Origin: Patescibacteria group bacterium
Lineage (GTDB): Bacteria; Patescibacteriota; Minisyncoccia; Moranbacterales; UBA2206
DNA length: 64,000 nucleotides
Direction of reading: 5' to 3'
Assembly (NCBI GenBank): GCA_030837625.1
Contig: JAUPKF010000004.1
Span: 1,075-65,074 of the forward strand
In this document: positions 19,385 through 27,821 of the stretch, piece after piece
Numbering within the stretch: position 1 is the first letter of the stretch
How the letters are laid out: every line of letters starts with the position of its first letter
The notes under the pieces: generated by a model
Databases searched by the model: none
Told to the model about the DNA's origin: nothing
What the model saw: only the letters and a program-made list of their open reading frames with translations
Program-made: the position numbers and the translations under genes

Positions 19385-20194
19385 CTATTGCTGCCTCTTG
19401 TCCTTAATCTTGCCGTCATAATAGTTATAGTTGTTATCGTACGCCTCCCGAGCATTGGCGGCAATAAAGGAAAGCGTTTCGGCCTTGGCTATTTTCCCAC
19501 CATTGTAATACACCGCTTTTGCATCCTTGGCATAGTAGCCATTCAAATGGACAAAAGTGCCAACATCAGCCGAAAGAATTTTCACGTTTTCAAAATACGC
19601 GTAATCTTCATCCTTGGCGTAATTCATTCCCAAGTTCAAAAACGTTTCGGCATCCATACCGGATATCTTTTTCCCGTAATAATACACATTCCGGCTGTCT
19701 TTAGAATAGGGATAAACCGCTGATTGGAAAGTTTTCGGGTCGGCCCCGGCCACTACTCCGATCTTATAAACAGTTTGAAAAGATTTTGCCGTCCCCTGAG
19801 AAGATATTTCCACAAAATAAGCATTGTTTTTATCTCTGGCGTAAAATTCGTCCACCGCCTGGAACGTGGCGGGATCGTAACTATTAGGATGCGATGCCCC
19901 AATTTGGTAGCGTTCCAACCAAATTTTTTTTTGCTCTTCGACTTGGCGCTTTTCTTCGGCTTCCGCTATTTCTGCTGGAGACGGAGCGACAACATCGGGA
20001 ACAATATTCTGAACTGGCATGTTTTCTGCCGGAGCATTTTCAATATTAGCCGGCAAACTTTCTTGAAAAACCAATTCAGCTTTCCCGTCCTTACCCATAA
20101 CCCAATAAATTCCCCCGGCCAAAGTAGTCAGTGACAAGATGACAATAAAGACATTCTTCATCATTTTTGTTTTTGTAATGTTGCCCTGACTCAT
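19385..20194 (-). CDS. Membrane-anchored DKNYY-repeat protein
   Basis: N-terminal TM, then repeated DKNNAYF/DSRNVYYYGKKI/DEDYAYF/DAKAVYYNGGKI units typical of DKNYY repeats. Confidence 0.55.
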   Translation of the reverse strand: MSQGNITKTKMMKNVFIVILSLTTLAGGIYWVMGKDGKAELVFQESLPANIENAPAENMPVQNIVPDVVAPSPAEIAEAEEKRQVEEQKKIWLERYQIGASHPNSYDPATFQAVDEFYARDKNNAYFVEISSQGTAKSFQTVYKIGVVAGADPKTFQSAVYPYSKDSRNVYYYGKKISGMDAETFLNLGMNYAKDEDYAYFENVKILSADVGTFVHLNGYYAKDAKAVYYNGGKIAKAETLSFIAANAREAYDNNYNYYDGKIKDKRQQ

Positions 20195-20321
20195 ACAATT
20201 TTCTCGAATTTTTTTGTCTTACAGAACAACCTACTACATAATAATTTACACCTCTATTCTACCTCAAAAAATGACTTCTGACAAAAATTTTTCCATCCCC
20301 CAGATTGAATCCCAAAAAACG

Positions 20322-20354
20322 CGTCAAATCAAAAACGACTCCTTATGAGTCGTT
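20322..20354 (-). terminator. Bidirectional intrinsic terminator downstream of dnaK
   Basis: aaaaacgactccttatgagtcgttttt: perfect 9-bp stem flanked by an A-run and a T-run. Confidence 0.75.
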
Positions 20355-20372
20355 TTTGATTTACTCCAAGAT

Positions 20373-22304
20373 TTATTTTTTATCTCCATCTTCAGACTTT
20401 TTCGTCTCGGCGTCTTTCACGTCCCCTTCTTTCGGTTGCCCATCCGCCGATGAGGCTTTTTGAAACTCGTCCAATGGATTTGTTCCTTTGCTATCGCTCG
20501 CCGCTTTATATAACTTCTCCCCGATCTTTTGCGCCGCTTGCGACATCTCCTCTGTAGCCTTTTTTATCTCCTCGACCGAATCGCCGTCTTTTACTTTTTT
20601 GAGTTTCTCAATAGCTTCTTCGACCGGCTTCTTTTCTTCGGCCGTAATTTTGTCACCGGCGTCGCGAATGGCTTTTTCCGTGGTAAAGACCAAAGTATCG
20701 GCCATGTTGCGGGTTTCCACCAGTTCTTTTTTCTTTTTGTCTTCCTCTGCGTGCAACTCGGCATCTTTTTTCATCTTTTCCACTTCTTCCTTGGAAAGAC
20801 CGGTGGACGCTTCAATGCGAATGGATTGTTCCTTGCCGGTCGCCTTGTCCTTGGCTTTCACCGACAAAATTCCGTTAGCGTCAATATCAAAAGTCACTTC
20901 CACTTGCGGAATGCCGCGCGGACTTGGCGGAATGCCGTCCAAGATAAATCTTCCCAATGTCTTGTTGTCCGCGGCCATTTCCCGCTCACCTTGCAAAACG
21001 TGAATTTCTACCGACGGCTGGTTGTCGGCGGCGGTAGAAAATATTTGGGATTTTGCCGTCGGCACGGTCGTATTTCTTTCAATAAGAGGAGTGCGCACAC
21101 CGCCCATTGTTTCAATGCCAAGCGTCAGCGGAGTAACATCCAGAAGCAAAACGTCTTTCACATCCCCTTGCAAAACTCCTCCCTGGATCGCCGCCCCAAG
21201 CGCCACCACTTCGTCCGGGTTGACGCTAAGATTAACTTTCTTTCCAAAAAAATCTTCCACGGTTTTCACCACCAGCGGCATCCTTGTCATTCCTCCGACC
21301 ATCACGATTTCATTAATATCTTTAGTTTCCAATTTCGCGTCCGCCAAAGATTTTTTCACCGGCTCAAGAGTCTTAGCAATCAAACCCCCAACCAACTCTT
21401 CCAATTTGGCGCGAGTCAACTTCATTACCAAATGCTTCGGCCCGTTGGCGTCAGTCGTGATGAAGGGCTGATTGATTTCCGTTTCCATAGCCGTGGAAAG
21501 TTCAATCTTGGCTTTTTCCGCCGCTTCTTTGATACGCTGCAACGCCAAAGGATCATTGCCCAAATCCATTCCTTCCTGTTTTTTGAATTCGTCAATTATC
21601 CAACGGATGATCACTTGATCAAAATCATCCCCTCCCAAATGCGTATCGCCGTTGGTAGATTTTACCTCCACCGTATCATCGCCCACTTCCAAAATGGAAA
21701 TATCAAAAGTTCCGCCGCCCAAATCGTAAACAGCTATTTTTTCGTCTTTTTTCTTATTAAACCCGTACGCCAAAGCCGCCGCCGTCGGTTCGTTAATAAT
21801 TCTCTTAACAGTAAGTCCCGCAATCTCGCCGGCTTCCTTGGTAGCTTTTCGCTGGGCGTCGTCAAAATAGGCCGGGACGGTGATAACCGCTTCGGTTATT
21901 TTTTCGCCTAGTTTTTCTTCCGCGTCCGCCTTGAGTTTTCCTAGAATCATCGCTGAAATTTCCTGCGGCGTGTAATCCTTATCCCCCATTTTCACCTTCA
22001 CGCCGCCATTTGATTTTTCAATTTTGTACGGCATCAACTTCAAATCCCTTTGCACTTCCTCATCCTCGAAAGCGCGTCCGATAAGGCGCTTGATGGAATA
22101 CAAAGTATTGCCCGGGTTGGTCACCGCCTGCCTTTTCGCTAAAAGGCCGACCAGTCTTTCACCGGATTTTGCGATCGCCGCCATCGAAGGCGTCGTGCGG
22201 TTGCCTTCCTTGTTTTCGATAATTGACGGACTGCCTCCCTCCACCACCGCCATCGCGGAATTGGTCGTCCCCAAGTCGATGCCTAATATTTTCGCCATAA
22301 TCAT
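20373..22304 (-). CDS. dnaK: Chaperone DnaK (Hsp70)
   Basis: [31 protein letters not shown] and the Hsp70 C-terminal lid. Real start taken at [16 protein letters not shown] (ATG at 22304), since the ORF-track upstream extension reads the intergenic region. Confidence 0.95.
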   Translation of the reverse strand: MIMAKILGIDLGTTNSAMAVVEGGSPSIIENKEGNRTTPSMAAIAKSGERLVGLLAKRQAVTNPGNTLYSIKRLIGRAFEDEEVQRDLKLMPYKIEKSNGGVKVKMGDKDYTPQEISAMILGKLKADAEEKLGEKITEAVITVPAYFDDAQRKATKEAGEIAGLTVKRIINEPTAAALAYGFNKKKDEKIAVYDLGGGTFDISILEVGDDTVEVKSTNGDTHLGGDDFDQVIIRWIIDEFKKQEGMDLGNDPLALQRIKEAAEKAKIELSTAMETEINQPFITTDANGPKHLVMKLTRAKLEELVGGLIAKTLEPVKKSLADAKLETKDINEIVMVGGMTRMPLVVKTVEDFFGKKVNLSVNPDEVVALGAAIQGGVLQGDVKDVLLLDVTPLTLGIETMGGVRTPLIERNTTVPTAKSQIFSTAADNQPSVEIHVLQGEREMAADNKTLGRFILDGIPPSPRGIPQVEVTFDIDANGILSVKAKDKATGKEQSIRIEASTGLSKEEVEKMKKDAELHAEEDKKKKELVETRNMADTLVFTTEKAIRDAGDKITAEEKKPVEEAIEKLKKVKDGDSVEEIKKATEEMSQAAQKIGEKLYKAASDSKGTNPLDEFQKASSADGQPKEGDVKDAETKKSEDGDKK

Positions 22305-22316
22305 TTTAGTTCTCAA

Positions 22317-22339
22317 GTTTAGACTTTTTAAGTCTAAAC
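22317..22339. promoter_or_regulatory. 10-bp inverted repeat 13 nt upstream of the dnaK start codon (not CIRCE)
   Basis: gtttagactt-ttt-aagtctaaac. Confidence 0.5.
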
Positions 22340-22504
22340 CCAAAACTTTATTAACATTTTTTAAATCTGTCTTAAATCCCAAATTACAAGCACCAAATTC
22401 CAAATAAATCCAAAGTTCCTAATTTTCAAAATTCAAAACCGTTTTGAATTTTGGTTATTGTAACTTATTTGGAATTTGTAATTTTGGATTTGTAATTTTT
22501 TAAA

Positions 22505-23368
22505 TCACTCCACCGTCACTCTCGCCGCCCTAATTACCCTCTCATCAATCCTATACCCTTTCTGCAGTACCTTCTTTACTCTGTTTTCTTTTGTTTCATG
22601 TTTTATGTTTCGTGCTTCATGACTGACCGCTTCCATAACCGACGGATCAAAATCATCCCCCGTCTTTACTACAATTTCCTTCACTCCGTTATCTTCCAAA
22701 ACTTTCTCCAGCTGTTTTTGAATATGCATTATCCCCGTCACCCACGGACTTGATTTCTCGCTTTCCGGAACGTGGCCAGTAGAAGCATAAAAGTTATCCA
22801 ACACCGGCAGAATTTCCAAAATCAAATTCATATTGCCGAACGCGACCAGCTCTTTCTGTGAATCCGCTTGCCGTTTTTTGTAGTTTTCAAAGTCCGCTTG
22901 GCATCTTTTCCAGCCTTCCAAATATTTTTCCGCGTTCATATGCCACACCGCTTTGGCAATGGACTTTTTCATCCAGGATTTATATTCGGCATTTTTTTCA
23001 ATATTTTCCGCCGCTTCCCACGTGTAACCATTATGTTCTTTACTAAGAATGATTTTCCCGCCTGAATATTTCACCAGATAATCGATATATACCGCCTGGT
23101 CATTGGCCGAACTGGCTTTCACAGTGTTAAGCGGCGCCACAATTTCAAACCCGACTTCGCCAAGTTCTTCGCGAATTTCCCTACCCAACGCTTCTTTCAA
23201 ACTTTCCTCCGGATCCAGTTTCCCTCCCGGAAAACTCCACTGCCCGTAATTTTTCACGAAATAGCTGCCCTTGTCTTTCATCTCCAACAGCAAAAACTTG
23301 TCCTGTTTTTCGTCATACATCACCGCCTTTACGACCGCCGACAGTTTGTATTTTTCTTTATTTTCCAT
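22505..23368 (-). CDS. grpE: NUDIX-GrpE fusion protein (nucleotide exchange factor with N-terminal Nudix domain)
   Basis: Residues 1 to about 130 carry Nudix box GGKLDPEESLKEALGREIREELGE. The C-terminal 150 aa carry GrpE motifs ADFENYKKR, LPVLDNF, GDDFDPSVMEAV. Single uninterrupted frame between hrcA and dnaK. Confidence 0.8.
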   Translation of the reverse strand: MENKEKYKLSAVVKAVMYDEKQDKFLLLEMKDKGSYFVKNYGQWSFPGGKLDPEESLKEALGREIREELGEVGFEIVAPLNTVKASSANDQAVYIDYLVKYSGGKIILSKEHNGYTWEAAENIEKNAEYKSWMKKSIAKAVWHMNAEKYLEGWKRCQADFENYKKRQADSQKELVAFGNMNLILEILPVLDNFYASTGHVPESEKSSPWVTGIMHIQKQLEKVLEDNGVKEIVVKTGDDFDPSVMEAVSHEARNIKHETKENRVKKVLQKGYRIDERVIRAARVTVE

Positions 23369-23376
23369 AGGCGTAT

Positions 23377-24114
23377 TTAAAAAATCATAATTATTAGCGC
23401 GACCGTTCCGGTTCCGGCTATCAAAGTTTTTACATAATCCAAAAGCGATTTGTTGCGGGCGTATTTCATTCTTTTTGGCCCGATAATCGCCAAAAGTCCG
23501 CGCTCGCCCTCTTTCGTCCGATACGGCGAGACCACCATGGAGCAGTTAGGTATTTCCTTGATGGGATTTTCTTTCCCGATAAAAATTTTCGTTTCCCCGT
23601 CCCTGACTTTTCCGAGAATCGTTTCCACGTTTTCATCGATATAGTCCAAAATTTCCGCCACTTTACAAAACTCGTCAATCTCGCGAAACTCGGGGTTTTC
23701 CAAAAGTTCCGAAATGCCAAAATCATAGTAATCTTTGTTCGCGCCGGAGATGGCCAAGCCCCCGGAGATGGACGACAACAGCTTGGCGGTGGTTCGGGAG
23801 AGTTTCGTATTTTGCGCTTTGAGCTTGAGAAGTTCAGTTTGCAGTTTTTTTTGATCGCTCAAACTCAATTTTTGATCCGGCATTATTTTCTCCACGAAAA
23901 ACCGGTAGCCTTTGTCGGTGGGAATGCGGCCGGCGGAAGTGTGCGGCTGGTGGAGATACCCCGCTTTTTCCAACTCGTTCATATCGTTCCTAACAGTGGC
24001 CGGACTTATTTTCAAGCCGTATTTTTCCGCCAAAACTTTCGACCCGACCGGAACAGCCGTGTTGGTATATTCTTCAATAACCGCGGATAATATTTTCTTA
24101 TGCCTGGATTCCAT
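23377..24114 (-). CDS. hrcA: Heat-inducible transcription repressor HrcA
   Basis: 245 aa. N-terminal winged helix ILSAVIEEYTNTAVPVGSKVLAEKYGLKISPATVRNDMNELE. CIRCE lies immediately upstream. Confidence 0.9.
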   Translation of the reverse strand: MESRHKKILSAVIEEYTNTAVPVGSKVLAEKYGLKISPATVRNDMNELEKAGYLHQPHTSAGRIPTDKGYRFFVEKIMPDQKLSLSDQKKLQTELLKLKAQNTKLSRTTAKLLSSISGGLAISGANKDYYDFGISELLENPEFREIDEFCKVAEILDYIDENVETILGKVRDGETKIFIGKENPIKEIPNCSMVVSPYRTKEGERGLLAIIGPKRMKYARNKSLLDYVKTLIAGTGTVALIIMIF

Positions 24115-24135
24115 ATTGGCATTATATATCCCCCG

Positions 24136-24162
24136 TTAGCACTCGTCAAGTCCGAGTGCTAA
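24136..24162. promoter_or_regulatory. CIRCE operator (HrcA binding site)
   Basis: TTAGCACTC-gtcaagtcc-GAGTGCTAA, a perfect match to the TTAGCACTC-N9-GAGTGCTAA consensus, 22 nt upstream of the hrcA start. Confidence 0.9.
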
Positions 24163-24260
24163 TTATCATTTTATACTACATTTTTAAGTTGTCAATATTG
24201 TGCATAAAAAAAGCGGCGATGATTCGCCGCGAAAATAGTTTACATTTGAAAAGCAAAGGG

Positions 24261-24689
24261 CTACCCGCGACCGATATGCATGGGACAAGCGTGGTCAGAC
24301 AGTATTTCTTTCGCCTCCCCTACCTGACAACAGTCAGGGCAACACGCTTGACCATTGCTCAGTATTCGCTCGACATCCTCTCTCCTGGGACTTCTATATC
24401 CGGATAAGGGATTGTTGAAGTCAAAATGGTTAACAGCCATCGCGGTCGTACCCCTATGAAGTTCGTCTTCAAGAATACGATACCACCGGTCATCTTCACC
24501 AACAGCAAAGAGGGTTATATATTCCAACCCATTGGTTTCTCGAAGGGGTACAGAAACTATTTCATACTCCTTGCCCTCTATAAATACCCAGAGTCCAGCT
24601 TTGCCTTTGAAAAATTCCTCGTCCAAGAGAAACCCATCGTATCCGGGATCCTGATGCCAGTACAACGACTCCGTGCATTTAACCCTCAT
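24261..24689 (-). CDS. Hypothetical protein with C-terminal Cys cluster
   Basis: 142 aa, ending ...GQACCPDCCQVGEAKEILSDHACPMH. Confidence 0.5.
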   Translation of the reverse strand: MRVKCTESLYWHQDPGYDGFLLDEEFFKGKAGLWVFIEGKEYEIVSVPLRETNGLEYITLFAVGEDDRWYRILEDELHRGTTAMAVNHFDFNNPLSGYRSPRREDVERILSNGQACCPDCCQVGEAKEILSDHACPMHIGRG

Positions 24690-24835
24690 CTTTCACTCCT
24701 TTCCGCGGTTTCTCCGCATTCATCACAATAGTATCTCAAAGCTCCTTCGACATCACCAAGACACTTCATAGCAATGCCGCATTCCGGACACATAACTACT
24801 ACCACCGAAGTATGGGTGCGCTTTTCTATTTCCAT
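24686..24835 (-). CDS. Small zinc-ribbon protein (49 aa), translationally coupled to the downstream gene
   Basis: MEIEKRTHTSVVVVMCPECGIAMKCLGDVEGALRYYCDECGETAERSER with two CxxC pairs. Its TGA stop overlaps the ATG of 24261..24689 (ATGA). Below the ORF-track size cutoff. Confidence 0.4.
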   Translation of the reverse strand: MEIEKRTHTSVVVVMCPECGIAMKCLGDVEGALRYYCDECGETAERSER

Positions 24836-25130
24836 CCCAATTCTCCCCTATTTTTAAACAAGCGAAAGCAATCATTGTTGCCGCCAAAAAAACTGCCTAA
24901 ATCTTATTATCTTATCCCCAAAAAGTCAACCTCCAGCTTGGTTTTATAAAGAAAGTGTCATCCCGAGCGGAGTTTTGATGTAATCATCGAAACGCAGCCG
25001 AGGGATCTGGTAACGATAATCGAAAACTTTACGATTTATAGTAAAATAAACAACAGTCGTTAGCAGATTCCTCGACTTCGCTACGCTTCGCTCGGAATGA
25101 CATTCTAGAAAAAGCTGTTTTAATTTGATA

Positions 25131-25667
25131 TTATTTCACAGTTCGTAAAGCTAAAATTCTCCAAGCTTCTTTTTTACGCGGAACAGAAAGACCTATGGAT
25201 TCCCCGAAAACCCGCTGGATTTTTTCCACCAGCTCCAGAGGGTGTCTTCTAATGAAATTGCCGTAAACGCACATTTTCAAAAGATCGCAAGATTTGTTGG
25301 GCAGGTATTTCAAAACCATCCCGGCCATATAATCCGGCGCGAAAAGGTAGATGGCCTCGACTTTTTTTTCTTTCAAAAAATCACCGACTTTCTTTTGAAG
25401 TTTTTTCAAAAACTTGTTTTCCACGTAAAGCTTCAAGTCCCGATAAACCTCGCCAGAACCGAAAACCCGCCCATGCCCGGATTTCATAAAAAATCCCTCC
25501 CGATCAAGATATCTGGGCTTGGGAATTTTAAACCCGTCCCTTTTCTCTATTCGTCCGTTTTCCGCCAGATAAAATTCCGCCTCCCGAGCTGAAGAAACTA
25601 TAAACAGCGCTTTCTCATTTCTAAATTGTACCAATGGGTATCCTATTTCCATACACTCATAGTACAA
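25131..25667 (-). CDS. Hypothetical protein (178 aa)
   Basis: ORF with no diagnostic motif recognised. Confidence 0.45.
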   Translation of the reverse strand: MYYECMEIGYPLVQFRNEKALFIVSSAREAEFYLAENGRIEKRDGFKIPKPRYLDREGFFMKSGHGRVFGSGEVYRDLKLYVENKFLKKLQKKVGDFLKEKKVEAIYLFAPDYMAGMVLKYLPNKSCDLLKMCVYGNFIRRHPLELVEKIQRVFGESIGLSVPRKKEAWRILALRTVK

Positions 25668-25685
25668 AACAATTCCCGCTTCGTT

Positions 25686-27674
25686 TCAATCTTTGTCTTT
25701 CTTCTTCTTTTTCTTTTTCATTTCCCCGGTTTCTTCGTCAAAAATATATTTGTCCGGATCGATTTTTCCGGTAATGGCAAATTCGTCCACTTTGACTTTC
25801 TGATAAGCCGTGAATTTTTCTTTTGGATAAAGCTCCGCCGCCTTTTCCATAAAAGCGTGCCAGATAGGAGCGGCACTGTAAACTCCGTCCGAACCGGATT
25901 TCATCGGCCGACTGTCGTTGTTTCCCGCCCAGACGCCCGCCGCAATGTCGTTCGTATAGCCGACCGTCCAACCATCTTTATATTCCTGGGTGGTTCCCGT
26001 CTTGGCCGCTACTGGCCGCCCCGACAGCCTCAAGTTTCCGGCATTTCCAAATATGGGTTTTCTGGCTTCGGTATCGGAAAGAATCGAATTTATTCTTCTG
26101 GCAATCTCAACGTCCAGCACCTGCTCATAGCGATTTTTATTTTCAAAAACAATTTGTCCGCCGCCATCAACAATCTTTGCCACCGCCAAAAGAGCGGCTT
26201 TTTTACCGTCATTGGCAAAAACTCCATAAGCGCCGGTCATTTCCAAAAGCTTCACATCTCCCCCGCCCAAAACCAGAGAAAGCCCGAAACGATTTTTGTC
26301 AGTCAGCGTCGTTATTCCCAAGCGTTCGGCCAGCTCGATTGTTTCCGGCACTCCCGCCAGCGACAATGTTTTCACGGCTGGAATGTTGAGCGACATCGAA
26401 AGGGCGCTTCGCATCGTAACCAAGCCGTGAAATTTCCCGTCGTAGTTTTTGGGAATATAGTTTTTGCCCGAACCGTCCCGACCAAAATCGGTGGGAATAT
26501 CCAAGATATATGTTTCCGGCTGGTAACCTTTCTCGAAAGCTTTAGCGTAAGCGAAAGGTTTGAAAGAAGAACCGGGCTGGCGCAAACTGGTCGCCACGTT
26601 CACTTGTCCGTCGATCTTGCCGTCAAAAAAGTCGCGGCTGCCGGCCATCGCCAAAATTTCTCCGGTTTTGGGGTTGACCGCTGCGAGCGACGCGTTTTCG
26701 GCGCCATAAGTTTTTTCGTTATACTCAGCTCCTTTTTTCACGGTTTCCTCCGCCAGCTTTTGCAATTCCCAATCCAACGTCGTAATGATCCTGAGCCCAC
26801 CAGCTTCCAACATTTCCTGGCCGTACTCTTTTTCCAACTGTTCAATAACATAAAAAACAAAGTGTGGAGCGGAAATTTCGATTTTTAACGGTTTTATTTT
26901 GGCAAGAGTTTCCGCTTCCATGGCCGAGCGCGCTTCTTCTTCGCCGGCCAATCCCAATTCCGCCATCCTTCTCAGAACATATTCCTTCCGAGCGATGAGA
27001 TCTTCCTTGTGATTCCCGTGCGGAGAATAATAGGTAGTAGCTTTGGGCAGAGCGGCCAAAAGCGCCGCTTCATCCAGCGTCAAATCCAGAGCTTTTTTTC
27101 CGAAAAACCATTCCGAAGCTTGTCCGATTCCGCAAACGTTGGAACCGTAAGAAATATTATTAAGATAGGCGTCCAAAATTTCATCTTTGGAAAAATTGTT
27201 TTCAATTTTGACCGCCATCAAAACTTCTTTTATTTTCCGCTCAAAAGTTTTCTCCCGGGTGAAAAAAACATTCCGAGCGAGTTGTTGGGTGATAGTCGAA
27301 CCGCCTTGCTCTATTTTTCCGCTCTCGACGTTCGCCCGAGCCGCCCGGACCATAGACGCCGCGTCAAATCCGTTATGATTGTAAAAGTTATCATCCTCCG
27401 CGGCAATGGCCGCCAAGCGAGCGATGTCCGGAATTTGGTCATGCGGCAAAATTTTCCGATTTTCGTTGCCGTGAATTTCATAAAGAATATGCTCCCCGGT
27501 CCGGTCGTATATCGTCGAAGTCTCCGGAAAATCCATCTCTCCGAGAACTTTGGCGTCGGGCGTATCGGCATAAAGAAAAGTCAGTACGCCCAAAAGCGCC
27601 CCGATTGCGATAACAATCGAAGCCGCCAAGACAAGTCCGAAAGATTCCAAGGTTGTAACGACTATTTTTCGCAT
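25686..27674 (-). CDS. Class A penicillin-binding protein (bifunctional transglycosylase/transpeptidase)
   Basis: N-terminal TM. Glycosyltransferase motifs EDDNFYNHNG and GGSTITQQLARN. Transpeptidase SxxK-like region and KTGTT. Confidence 0.9.
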   Translation of the reverse strand: MRKIVVTTLESFGLVLAASIVIAIGALLGVLTFLYADTPDAKVLGEMDFPETSTIYDRTGEHILYEIHGNENRKILPHDQIPDIARLAAIAAEDDNFYNHNGFDAASMVRAARANVESGKIEQGGSTITQQLARNVFFTREKTFERKIKEVLMAVKIENNFSKDEILDAYLNNISYGSNVCGIGQASEWFFGKKALDLTLDEAALLAALPKATTYYSPHGNHKEDLIARKEYVLRRMAELGLAGEEEARSAMEAETLAKIKPLKIEISAPHFVFYVIEQLEKEYGQEMLEAGGLRIITTLDWELQKLAEETVKKGAEYNEKTYGAENASLAAVNPKTGEILAMAGSRDFFDGKIDGQVNVATSLRQPGSSFKPFAYAKAFEKGYQPETYILDIPTDFGRDGSGKNYIPKNYDGKFHGLVTMRSALSMSLNIPAVKTLSLAGVPETIELAERLGITTLTDKNRFGLSLVLGGGDVKLLEMTGAYGVFANDGKKAALLAVAKIVDGGGQIVFENKNRYEQVLDVEIARRINSILSDTEARKPIFGNAGNLRLSGRPVAAKTGTTQEYKDGWTVGYTNDIAAGVWAGNNDSRPMKSGSDGVYSAAPIWHAFMEKAAELYPKEKFTAYQKVKVDEFAITGKIDPDKYIFDEETGEMKKKKKKKDKD

Positions 27675-27821
27675 TTATTCAGACCTCCGAGGTCTGCGGC
27701 CGCAGACCTCGGAGGTCAATTTGATTCGTCTATACTAGTTATAGCAGGTATTGCCGTATTCGTAAAAAATACGCATAAAAAAACAGCTCCGAACTGTTTT
27801 TATTACAAAACATCAATCGCT

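Noticed and set aside
20529-21911. 460-aa plus-strand ORF (and 20488..21003, 21022..21471) inside dnaK
   Set aside because: Antisense to a highly conserved DnaK coding sequence. Low-complexity, F/R-rich translation typical of shadow ORFs.
24985-25010. Hammerhead-like core (ttgatgtaatcatcgaaac)
   Set aside because: Conserved CUGAnGA positions are not satisfied (U instead of C3 and A9). Treated only as an internal hairpin of the larger element.
25626-26888. 420-aa plus-strand ORF antisense to the PBP gene
   Set aside because: Shadow ORF of a confidently identified class A PBP. No motifs.
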